From Trichoplax adhaerens (taxonomy: Eukaryota; Animalia; Placozoa): a DNA stretch of 64,000 nt. How positions within the stretch are numbered: position 1 is the stretch's first letter; every line of letters starts with the position of its first letter. The position numbers were made by a program, and so were the translations under genes. This document shows, piece by piece, positions 14,461 to 26,668 of the stretch. The notes under the pieces were generated by a model that did no database searches, was not told the DNA's origin, and saw only the letters and a program-made list of their open reading frames with translations. The stretch lies in NCBI RefSeq assembly GCF_000150275.1, contig NW_002060976.1, positions 377,626 to 441,625 of the forward strand, in the 5' to 3' direction.

Positions 14461-16187
14461 AATTTATCTTAAAGGGTAGAATTTATTACACCTGCATTGT
14501 AATAAGGAATAAGATAAATTCTGTGAGTTAATAAAGTTTCAGGTTTGGCAACACTTGATATGTTAGTGCGAGATCATTAGAGAGAAAATAAATGCGGTAT
14601 AATAAGTCATCTGATTGATTTCCATACAAGATATTTGTAGTGTATTTAGAATATCCTGTAACTATAGTCTACTCTTAAATATAGACATGTTGTATTGCTC
14701 TTATATTTAGACATATCTACAGTCCGCTTACTTCACATTCATATATAGGCTACTGTATTTAGTTATTATAGCACTCGCTGTTTGCTACGATCATCAGTTA
14801 TGTTGTAACCTGTTATAGTATATGTTGTATCTAATTCTACAATCCTATTCTCTGCATGTGCTCTATCTTTAAACTATAAATACCGCCGTTTTCCACTTCA
14901 GAAATTGTTCTTTTCTTGGTTATTCTTCACACGTTACTCACGACAGCTTGCACGCTGGTCTACCGTAACTACCTCACTGTACTTACTTTACTACTTAAAA
15001 TAAAGTATAACTTTTATACAACTTTTGGTGTACTAATTGTAAATGGCAACTAAATCTCAATCCTCCGATATATCGAACCCTCCATCACTATATTAAAAGT
15101 CTTTTCATACGTGGCAATTGTTGACATACAGTATGAGTTAAAGGAGAGTTCTCGTATTAATTTCAGTATATATTATCGTACTTCTGTTTAGAAATTGCTC
15201 AAGATTGCAACATCAGAAGGCATAGCTTATCTATAGTTTTTATTATCTCCTGGTATGCTGATAAAACAGATCCAAATGAGTTCATAATAAATAACTTTTG
15301 TAAAAATGTCCGTCCATCAGATAATTGTTAATTTGGTCCAAATACAGGTAGTACAAATATTCATACACACAGGAGAATAGCGAGATGCGAACAATAACTT
15401 TATGAAATTAGTTTCACAAAGGGCTAACAGTGGCGGGCTCTTAGTTTAGTTTCCAAATGCTGGCTGTGTTATTTCATATTCTAAAAAACAAATTCTGGAA
15501 CGCAATAAGGTTTCTTCGTATTTTCAAATTGGCATCACTATGTGTCACACACCACTAGTGACAAAGTAGTCTACACACGCCAATCCTTGCGTAGAATGCC
15601 ACTTACTAACTTAAAGAGGCGAGATTAGCTATATCACCAAATAATTCAGTTCCAACAACCGAATACTATGGTATAATTATAGCGTCACAGATGATGTAGA
15701 CGAGATAGTCAGAGATTTACTATCATTTATTACTGAAGGAATCTTGGCACCCAAGATTATAGTCTTTACAATTAAATATCAATTGAAAAACTAGTTGACT
15801 ATCTAACCGACTAACGAACTAAAAAGGCATCTTCATTAAACAAATTATATGAAGAAATGACAATTAATAAAACGTCAATCCACACAAGCAATATTTAATA
15901 TTACTCAATAATTAGGACGAGCTTACGCATCGTAACACTATGATACAATGCTTCGTAATGTAGAATGATAAATAGGAAATGCTGATATTGAATAACAGAG
16001 AAAAGGCGATAGAGTATCAGACAGCAAAAGAAACAAGAAATTAATACGTAAACAAAATACATGGGCGAGTATGTCCATTCTCGTCATAGTTTTCCGTTCT
16101 TATAAACTATTAACGTAAGTAAATTCATACTAACAATCTTCTTTAATCTACTATACAGGAAAGTTTTTAAGAGTTTGTTACAACAAA

Positions 16188-17132
16188 TTACTTATGTACC
16201 TTTCGTTTCCTAAGGCTAACACAGTAGATATGGGACAAAATTTGTTTTCCTTCTGGTACAAAGCAAGCATAGATCCAAGAATTTATCACACTCTTGCTAA
16301 TTGAAATTAATTGCAAAATAAGTTGAATCAATTTTTCGCTATTACTAATAAAGTTGTTAGAATGATGAGAATAATATATCCAATAGTAAATAAATTCCGG
16401 TGTTGACAGTAACAAAAATATCACTACTAAAATTAAAAATAATCGAATCATTTCTTTTTGCTGGCGGACATGAAGTTGATTGGCTGTATCATTAATGTCT
16501 CTTGATTGTTGAGATAACTTGTACAAGACTCGAGAGTACAACCCTATTATTATTGCCGTAGGAAATGCATATACCGCAGCGTAAATGGTCGAGTAGTAAA
16601 TTAGCCAAGACTTTGGTATTGTTAAATCATTACTAGAACTAGGGGGAGAAATATAGCATAAAGATTTGCCATAAGAAGACGACAAGTATTTTGTAAATAT
16701 AATTGAAGGAGAAGAAAGACCAATAGCGATCAAAAAGATAGTTGTTGACAAGAATAGTTTTCGACTGGTAGATGGATTAGGGTTTGGTTCTCTTAAAATA
16801 ACGCAATAGTTACTAATCGCTATAAAAACCATGGTGACACCAAAACCTGCATTAAATAGTATTGGAAAGCTATTGCAAATATAGCACCAAAAAGATCCGA
16901 AAGGCCAAAAAATGAACATTTTAATTAATTGAATAGGCCAATAAAGTGTTAATACGAAGATATCATATAATATTAAATTCGCAATGAAAGAGTACACCAG
17001 AGCCTTCGTGTTTTTACTCCTGTTTTTGATAATTGTCACTAAAATAACGATATTATTGATCAATCCCAAAACGAGAATGATTGCTGACGGTATAAACGCT
17101 ACTAGTTGCATGGTTGCCGCTGAGACTCCCAT
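16188..17132 (-). CDS. Class A GPCR 3, intronless, orphan, divergent motifs
   Basis: 314-aa ORF with 7 TM segments and WPFGSFWC. DRY is replaced by S-NY, CWxP by LSTP, and NPxxY by NSWIY. N-terminus is very short. Confidence 0.9.
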   Translation of the reverse strand: MGVSAATMQLVAFIPSAIILVLGLINNIVILVTIIKNRSKNTKALVYSFIANLILYDIFVLTLYWPIQLIKMFIFWPFGSFWCYICNSFPILFNAGFGVTMVFIAISNYCVILREPNPNPSTSRKLFLSTTIFLIAIGLSSPSIIFTKYLSSSYGKSLCYISPPSSSNDLTIPKSWLIYYSTIYAAVYAFPTAIIIGLYSRVLYKLSQQSRDINDTANQLHVRQQKEMIRLFLILVVIFLLLSTPEFIYYWIYYSHHSNNFISNSEKLIQLILQLISISKSVINSWIYACFVPEGKQILSHIYCVSLRKRKVHK

Positions 17133-17888
17133 GATGTACAGTAGACGTCTTCAATAGCTTCTAGAGATATGCAATTGCCAAAATCAAGTAATTTCAGGGA
17201 TTGATAAATTGATAAAACGTTGATTCACATTAAACACCGTAACAACCGATTGGTATGGTCATTGATGACCACCAGAACGAAGTCAATGATGGCTTAGCGT
17301 TAACAGCAAAGATTTCAAAAAGTGTTGTACGGATAACACTACTGGATGTTGATGTTATCGTTAGAATAATTTCGTTTATGGCGGTCTAGGATATCGTATA
17401 AACTGTCTAAATTCGGTCAATACATATTTAAAATGATGCTTATTATAAAGTGATGCGCCAATAGCACTTCGAGAGTTCCATTTACAGAATACAATCATCG
17501 ATTATCTTATACTGCCAACTACGATAGTAGACTAGATAATAATTTAAAGACGACAAACGGGCATTGAATGTCATGGAAACCGCCAAGGAATGAATAGATT
17601 AGCATACTTTCGATGAAAATAACCGACGTGCTGATTAATAGACAATTGTCGATGTTGGCATTAAATTTGCAAGTTATTTATGTCGTGGCGGTTGCAAAAC
17701 AATAGATGCCAATTAACTATAGATTATTATTGACTGTTGTAATTCATAAATTTTCATGAGCTGCAAAGAAAGTGATGAATAGTTACGTTGTGTTGGAGTA
17801 TATCAACAGCGATTGCAATGAATCGAAAATCATTGGTAATTTATTTTGATCGTTCATATTATTCGATGACAATCACTATCTAGTAAGT

Positions 17889-18425
17889 TAAGCTAAGGTA
17901 TGCTGTAGCATTCTCTCTACACCAACACCAAATAACTTTATACAATTACCTATTTAGAAAGATAATTAATTAGTCAGTTTGAACAGGAAAAATGTTGCGC
18001 AGTAGAGTGTTAACGACTTACACTAATTCTTTGTGTAGTATAGACGTATTCACGCTTAAGAATTTTCACCCTGTTTGAATATTTTTCACAGCATCTATTT
18101 ATTCTGCACCCTTAAGCTAAGGTATGCCGTATCATTCTATCTACATCAACATCAAATAACTTTATACAATTACCTATTTAGAAAGATAACTAGTTAGTCT
18201 GCACTGGCAAAAAATGTTGCACAGTAGAGTGTTAACCACTTACACTAATTCTTTATGTATTATACTTATAGACGTATTCACGCTCGAGAATTTTCACCCT
18301 GTTTGATTATTTTTCACAGCATCTATTTATTCTACACCCTTAAACTAAAGATATGCCGTATCATTCTCTCTACACCAGCATCAAATAACTCTACATAATT
18401 ACCTATTTATAATTAGTCAGTCTGC
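17889..18425. repeat. Tandem repeat, ~225 bp unit x 2.4
   Basis: taa.ctaa.g.tatgc.gta.cattct.tctaca at ~17889, ~18113 and ~18341. Confidence 0.9.
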
Positions 18426-19083
18426 ACAGTCGAATCTGTTTCGATCTACTTTACCTTTTAAAATTATAATTGAATAGGATAAAATCTGCAAACGATAAAT
18501 ATCTGTCAATAAGTGTCACGGGGTCACTTTACTAATGAATACTTATCTAACTTTTGTTCGATGATATACGTCGGTATTTTTTGAATATACTGTTATTTAG
18601 GATCATTATCTATAAGCTTACGCATTCTTTTATAAATGAATGCTCAATTTTAGAATACAATCTATCAGCTGATCATTAATTTTTTATATACATTTACTTT
18701 GAATTGATTGATTTTTGAATATAGTTTGGGATCAGCTTTGTGTAAAAGAGTCTCGTGATGTTACCGTTTGTCCTGATGACATGATAGGAGATATAGTTGT
18801 ACTGAGATAAGTATCGGAAAGGATAAACCTGACATTAGGTTCGTAGCGTTGCATTTTCTGTAGTAGTTTTAATTTTTTGTCGTTACAAATTTAAGTAAGT
18901 AATAATGAGTATGAAATATATGTAATAATCTTCATTTTAGAAATAAAATGGAAAGCACCTACCTACAATCTAGGCTAATTACTTTATAGAATTAATTATG
19001 ATAGCAGCAAATGAACAAATTATGTTTATACCTTAAATGACAACATGTTAGTGATATATCGATGACATCATTTTGTGGTTGAT

Positions 19084-19432
19084 GGCAGTAAATATCCATC
19101 TAATGCAATAATGACTTGTACAAAATAGGTTAATATATACTGCCCAAAGCATAGAGATGCACAAGCCGCACGAACATATTTTTACATCCGTTACTATATG
19201 ATGTTTCGTAGGGTGCTGTTCATTTTTCCATATAATTTCAACACAGTTCAGTTTTTCAGAGTATACATGTTATTAATGATAGAACCACCACATTTATGAT
19301 GGTGTCCATTATTATGATAATTCCTCTGCAAAGAAACGTGATAGGGATGAGCTCCACGGTGATTGTTATGTCCACCAACAATTTTGTTATATGGATGTCT
19401 TATTCTTTTCTGAGCAGATATTCTAGCAGGAA
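19084..19432 (-). pseudogene. Trypsin-family (S1) serine protease fragment
   Basis: Exon 19267-19432 (ttaacag acceptor, gt donor) encodes ...PYNK-IVGG...HPYHVSLQ...HKCGGSIINN. A following acceptor at 19100 gives I-WIFTA in frame, then the reading decays with no TAAHC His. No DIALL or GDSGGP motif was found downstream. Confidence 0.65.
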
Positions 19433-22226
19433 CTGTTAACAATCGAGGATAGATGTCAACTGTAATTTTAGCGTCAAAGAGTTAGTGGTAAAATTAGTCA
19501 TTTTTCACTATTTCTTAATTTCATAGAAATCTACATTTTAATAAATGTTATTTGTTGGTATTTAGTAGGCATGAAATAGGAAATCTGCAATTCTTTGCAG
19601 CCTTCACAGCAATAGCAGAAGGTGGTAGTAATTTTATATTATGCTGATCCGAATTAGTAATATTTGTAAAACGATATGTCCAGAGTTATTTTTGGGAATT
19701 ACTAAATAAAATTCATACCGTAAAGCATTACGTTACAATAGATTGTAAAATACACGTATAATGTCCATACTTTTGCTCTTTCTGCAGAAAATTTGTAGGC
19801 ACAAACTGCCGTTGTTTCCTGTAATTATTATTCTCTGATTCTGGAAATTGTTGGTAATCAAACTGCTAGCGCACAGAGACGTGGGCAACATGATTCAAGT
19901 AAATATTTTGTGTGATCTTATATCAACATTACAATAACCTATAGAAATTTAATCGCTTTTACTAATAAATTTTAAAGTCAAGACTAGCACTAGCTAAAGC
20001 GTATCTTAATTCACTAGCTAATAGATGCTATAATTATTGAAGTCTTATTAGTAACACACTGACCTTTTCCGAACCTATTAACGGATTCAACTGGAAGTGG
20101 ACCATCCGTCGTTTTGGAAATATTTATAATAACATTAATTCTTATATGAAAAAATTTATACGACTCTTCTGCTGTAGATATATCAATAAAAATTCAAATC
20201 AAATCCATGATACAAAATCACAGAAATAGCCATACTAAAATATGCTGCTACATTACAGTCTATTTCAATATTATTCCATCTATGAATATAACCGAAGTGA
20301 TTAAAGTTATTTTGTATATGATATTTAGTAATAGAACGGTATTATGTTGTAGTTAATACGAAATATCTACTCGATTACTAAGCTGAGTCTTTAAAATTAG
20401 TTTTGGAATGCGGCAACGGGACGGCTAATATAATGTTCAAAGTATCATCACATTAATTTAGGTCACACCTTGATCAATCTGCACTTCTATTTTTATTAAT
20501 TAAACATAATTTTGTAAAATCTTAGTACAGGTAGTAGATATGTATTCTTATTTTTGAGACACTAACGGTATTGTAAATTGTCGACTACATGTAAAACAGG
20601 AGTTATAGAAGATTTATTTCTAAGACATATTCTCCTGTACAATAATACCAATCTGGTAAATAGTCTGTAACATTTATAAGGCCATTTAAGCTTTCGTCAG
20701 TGTTTGCACTTTAATTTAATTTTGAGTTATTTTTCATCACTCCTATACTACCAATGTTTGCCTGCTACAAGAGTTAAAGCCAGCAAAAACGGTAAAATGA
20801 TGGACATTTTCATTCTGTAGTATATGATATTAGAATAGTAAGGTAAGCTATAAGCAATTAAAAATTATCTTTACTTCAAATCCGTATTTTTAGTTTTAAA
20901 TCCTTTAGAATAGATGCAGAAATAGCGTGATTAACCTATTCGCACGGTTACATTAAAAGACGAGTATTCCTGCTATAAAATAAAAATTAAAGGTCTATGT
21001 TTTTCAAATAAGAAATATACTGTGTTTAAATAAATCAGATACAAAATAATAGGTCACAGTCTATTGAAATAAGATAGGTTTGTAAATTTGCAGAGCTTAC
21101 CTGAACGATGTATTCTTGAAAGCTACTAGTCCGAAATTAGAAAATCTTGTGCAATTTATACTATGATGATAACAATCATCAGAGTAATTATCTTATATTA
21201 AACACAAATTATAATTATAGTCTCTGAAATCGTTAGTGTTTGTCCATTTATCATGCATGTAAACTGAGTCAATATTTGATATTTCACTGTAGTTTGCTGT
21301 TTCGAAAATAATTTTAGATTTTAGTGATTCTATTCTTGAATACTCAAAGACAGCACGGCGTTTACAAGGAGTTACTGCATTAGAGATAATAATTTATAAA
21401 ACAAAGCTGCTCCGAAAATTTACGTCTCATTGTAGTCAACGGATAGATTTAAAACCTTAAAGGCATTTATTGATAGTGTTCAAACATTTATTGACTTTAT
21501 CCCGGTAGTATCATGAAGTATTATAATCTTTGACCTTTTGCACAATATTTATAACATTTCGTACGCATATAATATTTCAATGTGCTAATACATACGCAAC
21601 AATTTTTTAACTAGCAGAATTTTCCCCATATCACTTTAATATTGAATTAATAAAACACTAGATTAAGAACTTTTTCCCTAGCCTGAAGTACACATCATAA
21701 GTTCTTGTATATTATATATATACATTACTATCAGTAGTCGAGCTTCTTTACAATTAGCAAATAGTATATCCTAGAGATTCTTCATAGAAAAAAGTGCAAT
21801 CGATACCGATATTAGATGATAAACTGAGACACAATTTATTAGGTATTGCAACAATTTGACAAATTTTCCTTGTAATAAATAGTCATATCTCAATTTTCAA
21901 GCCTGCTTTCAGCAATTTCTGTCTACGTATTGCACTGGATAAGATAACATCTTTATTATAGATTTATACTAATCATATAGATGCTACATCGATACTCGAA
22001 AAGAAACGGAAAATTTCACTTTTCTATTTTAACAATTATAATTATGGGTAGAAGTCCATCGATGTGAAGTATTGTACCATAGAAATTATTTCTACTTTTC
22101 TGGCGAGGGTTAATAGCAGAACTTAATCAAAGTTGCCATATTTTTTAATTGGGAATTTAAGGTAACAATTTTACCAATAAATTAAATTTACAATCTACCA
22201 CGATAGTGTGACAAATTGTAACCTAT

Positions 22227-23275
22227 TCAGATTACAGATGATTTGCTCACTGTTGTGGTTAAATTAATCATATCGGTGGATGGACTACGATTACGATAGC
22301 ACTTTAGCCTTATACTGCAGAAACCAAAAACAAAGAAAAAGCTTTCCTGAATTCTGGAATAAAATAAGAAGGGACTAATCGCAGATTTACGCACTGCAAA
22401 TAACTGGCAAATTAGATATATATATAAATGTTTTCGATACAGCGCTGCATTCTGACCAAGATACTGAGAATACCATAAAACATAAAAGATATATTCCGGA
22501 GTCCAGCAAATTACTTGGATAATCAATAAATAAAAAATCATGTTCAAGAATTTCTTTTGCCTTTGGACATCAATTTCAATGGTTAAATTACTTGAAGTAG
22601 AATGATGCTGAAGATAAAAGTAAATACTGTAGTACAGGTAGGTACCGATGAAAAGTGGTAAAATGTACAAGATGGCGTAAAGGGTTAAGAAATAAATTTG
22701 CCAAGGTTGTAATTTAGAAAGCGCTTGATGAGGTAAATACACAAAACATGCTTTAATTGGCTTAGCTGTAAACGTCGAAGATCCCATCAATTGATTATGT
22801 ACAGTTGTATAAGTGGTAAATATTATGTCTCGACAAGCAATACAAAGGCTTAACATAAAAATGGTGGTGTAAATAAGGATTTTTCGAAATTTGCTTTGGT
22901 TTGCATTGCTCGCTTTTACTTTGACTCTGTAACGATCCCCGAACATCAAAATCAAGGTTAAAGCAGCGCCGGCATTGCAAAGTATTGGAAAGGTATTGAA
23001 AAAGTAGCAGAAAAATGAACCAAAGGACCAAGGCGTCGATTTTTTATTAAATCAATTGGCCAAACCAAAATCAATATTAAAATATCGTAGACTGCATAAG
23101 CAGCTATCAAGGACCAGATAAAATTCTTCATTTTCCTGTGACGATACCTAATTATGGTAGATAGAATTACTGCATTGCCCGTCAAGCCTATGATTAAAAT
23201 AACTGTTGTAGGAATAAATGCAGTTAATTGCATTACAAGCGGCGATATATCAGTAAAATTGTAGTTTATCTCCAT
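22227..23275 (-). pseudogene. Class A GPCR 4, frameshifted (probable pseudogene)
   Basis: ORFs 22958-23275 and 22227-22955 join into one receptor if a single base is restored in the T6 run at 23040-23045 (LIKK-STPWSFGSFFCYFFNTFPILCNAG...DRY, matching GPCR1). The helix-8 motif YFIPEFRKAF lies in a different frame near 22335-22367. Confidence 0.8.
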
Positions 23276-26200
23276 TTGATTTGGTTACTCTTTGATAAAA
23301 AGAAGCATTACAGGACTTATACCGAAAAGTTAATAGGATGTAAATGAGTTTTTTAATTTTGACGAAACTTTAAAAGATATTTCAGAATTTCACCATTTAT
23401 CCAATAAGTTATTATATAGAGCGGTGAGATATATCCGTGTGAATAAGTGAAGCTATTTTATCTTATAATAAAAATTAAGTTCTTTTTTACCAATATATAG
23501 CCAGAAATTCTTTATTTATCAAATTAATAAGGAAATGAACTATAAATATCGCCATTTAAAATGGAAATTATTTGATAAATTTCACGGAAAAGGCTATTAT
23601 TCTCCAGGACTAAAGGATCGACTTTAGAAACCGATAGGAACGATATGCTACGTAACGTATATAAGCAAGCATCACTGAGTTGTGAGCAATTGCTCTTAAT
23701 TATTACCGGTATTACAGTTTAGGTTTTTACTGTATTATCGGCTAAATATTTTAATGTCAAAAATATATTTGAAATAATATCCAGCACAATTATGAACGAC
23801 AAGCCGGTATATTAAACTATCAGAAGTATTCCAATAGATATTAAGCTTTCCTTATGGTTGATATTTGTAATTTAGCTCGATTTTAAGGGAAACACATCTT
23901 GTTTAGTGATTTCGCAGATCTAAAATACAAAATTCGATAAATTCCTTATGAATATTTACCGTTAATAATACGCCATTTATGCAGCGTACTTAATGGAAAA
24001 ATTTTTAGAATATAAACTTCAGTAAATTTCTCTCCAACATTAATAACTTTCATTTACTATAAAGCTTAATCCCATTGTTTCAATCTATTTATAAAAATTG
24101 CTAAATAACACACCGTATAGTCTAATCAAAAGTAAATGATTTTGGGAAGCTAATAGATTCATTGTTGTTGAGTCTGTTACGCCAGTTTTACTACAACTTA
24201 TACTCGTATAATCCTTCCACTTAGGTAAAATAGCTCTAGCATGCCTTCGATTCTGTCAGACTATTGATAAAGGATGTTAATTTAGTCACTTCGCTAAGTT
24301 ATAATCATTTCCATAGATACTTTGTATTGAATCTTATTAACACTTCCTAGAAATAGCAAGATTAGAAAGTTTATAAGATGAAGTTGCCGTAATTTTATGC
24401 CTGTGATAATAATCGTTCTGTATTGCACAAAGCTGGCAGAGTTGAGTAAAAAATCAAAGCTAGCTAAATTTTTGATCATCTTATTCACACCCTGAAATTC
24501 ATTGGCTGATAAAACAAAACAGAACATACAAATAAGTTGTCTGTTGTCATTTTGATCAATACTTAGCCAATAAGCCATATATGTTATTTAGCCACACTTA
24601 TTATTATTAGTTTATTTGTCAACATATTTTAGATTATTGTTACGATACACTTGAATTATTTACCAATCAAACATCTATAGCACCATAAACTCATAATAAA
24701 GTATTCTATAGTTGAGCATCGAGGATATAAGGTAGATTAACCTTACACAGCGACTTAAATAGCAAGCAAGAAATTTATTCAACAAGAACGTTGTAATAGA
24801 TGTCGGTAGACGATATAAGTAATCATTTAAAGTAAAACTTCGGAAATTTATTTCCATATTGAAATATATACTAGCATTGGGAGAGTTTTTGAACAAATAG
24901 ACATTAAAATATAGATAAAGCAACACTTCATGATAAGCAGGTGCAATCTAATCATAGGCTAATAATAATTTATTCATGATGTTGAACTTTCTGTTTATCC
25001 AACGGGCTGTATCTCAAAAATATACACTGAGTTAATCAATAAGAGCCATAATAATAAATACTCGTTATCAGATAATTTTAGTTATTATGGGACTGACCCT
25101 TATTATATATTGCAGGAATATAGATATATTGATTCCTTAATACGATAACTACCGCGCCACAATAACAAGAACTGTTACAACAGATACGTTTTGATGAGGC
25201 AGTTCTATGCTGCAGTCATTATTATATTCTTTCACATATAAAAGATAATTGAATATTTCTATATTTGCAACCTTACTTTTAAAAGAGCGTAATTAGTAAT
25301 CCTATGATTTAATTATCTTCTACAAAAAGCGACAGCCATATTCTTCCAACATCCTAGTAATAGCTTTAATCATTCCATAATTTTATTCGAAAGAATGTGA
25401 TAAAAACAGATCATCTATTTCTTCTTACTTATGCCTTTGACACCTTCATTGAGTAGAACTTAATTGCTTTGAAATATTACTTTTATTTAAAAATAGATCT
25501 AGTATTGTGCTGTTTCAAAAGTTAGAAGTACTAAAACTCAATTGAAAATGTAGCACGTACAATTTTTTCAATATGTTATGACGTTCTAAATTTAAACTTG
25601 TAGTGTAATTTCTCTTATAATTGATATCTAAAAAATATCTCCTATTTATAGAATGAATTTTAATTAACGTTTATTTTCGAAACTATTTCTAGAATCTAAG
25701 GACAACGGAAGGACTAGTATATGGTGAATACGTCGTAAACAATTTCATTTACTCGTGGACATAAATCTCAGCTAGGAATATCAGAGTATCAAGGAAAAAT
25801 TTCTACTACTATTTCCTCACATTAATGGCTACTAGTATTTACATAGAAATTTCTAACACTTGATGAAGCGTATAGTGATAGAAATAAAAATTCGTCATTT
25901 AGAAATCATATATGATCAGAATTGAATTCTGATCAGGCCCGTAGGTATACAGGTACCGCAACACATCATTTCGGAAGAATATTTATTAGACAAAAACTTT
26001 ACAAAATTAAATCAGGATTACCAGATTATTCCAATTGCTTTCATTATTACAGTTAATCTTCATATTAATACTTAATCAGATCATTGAAGTTATTATAGCA
26101 GGTATTACGGTAAAAATATAAAGTTAGAATCTAGAAAATGAAAGCGAAATATTTAAGAAAGATTGTCACAGAAAAAGGCTTCAATTGTAAATGGCTTTTA

Positions 26201-26668
26201 CAGCATAGTGCGTGGTTAGATAGATGGAGAATTTAGAATTATATCAAAACAATAAATATATAATCTCATATAAGAGGATAAAGATCAGTGATATATGATG
26301 AGGTAAAGTATAATGTATATTAAGGAAGTGAACATACTACATCCAATAATTAGAATAGAAAGTAACTCATTCCATCGGCTTTTATCGGTGCTGTTGCTTT
26401 TAATTATCTTTTAGCAACGTTATTCACCGATTCAAGAAGAATTAATAAATAAGCTAAGAATAATTTTAATTAAACTAGGAATTGTTAGAGTTAGAATAAA
26501 ACTCATAACCTAGCCATAAATCATATATAAAAGGCCTTGTAGGTAACTTTTTGCATCACTTGACGAAATATAACGTAAAAATTCAAGAATTATCGTTACT
26601 TGTGTTGACCTGAAGAGAGTCCTCTCCAATTACTGTAGAAATTTTTCAATACAAGATCGTTCATCAAG

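Noticed and set aside
4146-25000. Short AT-rich ORFs (4146, 6685, 6888, 8188, 9670, 11966, 12860, 24294, 24675)
   Set aside because: They have I/L/Y/F-rich composition typical of random AT-rich DNA, often non-ATG starts, and no motifs.
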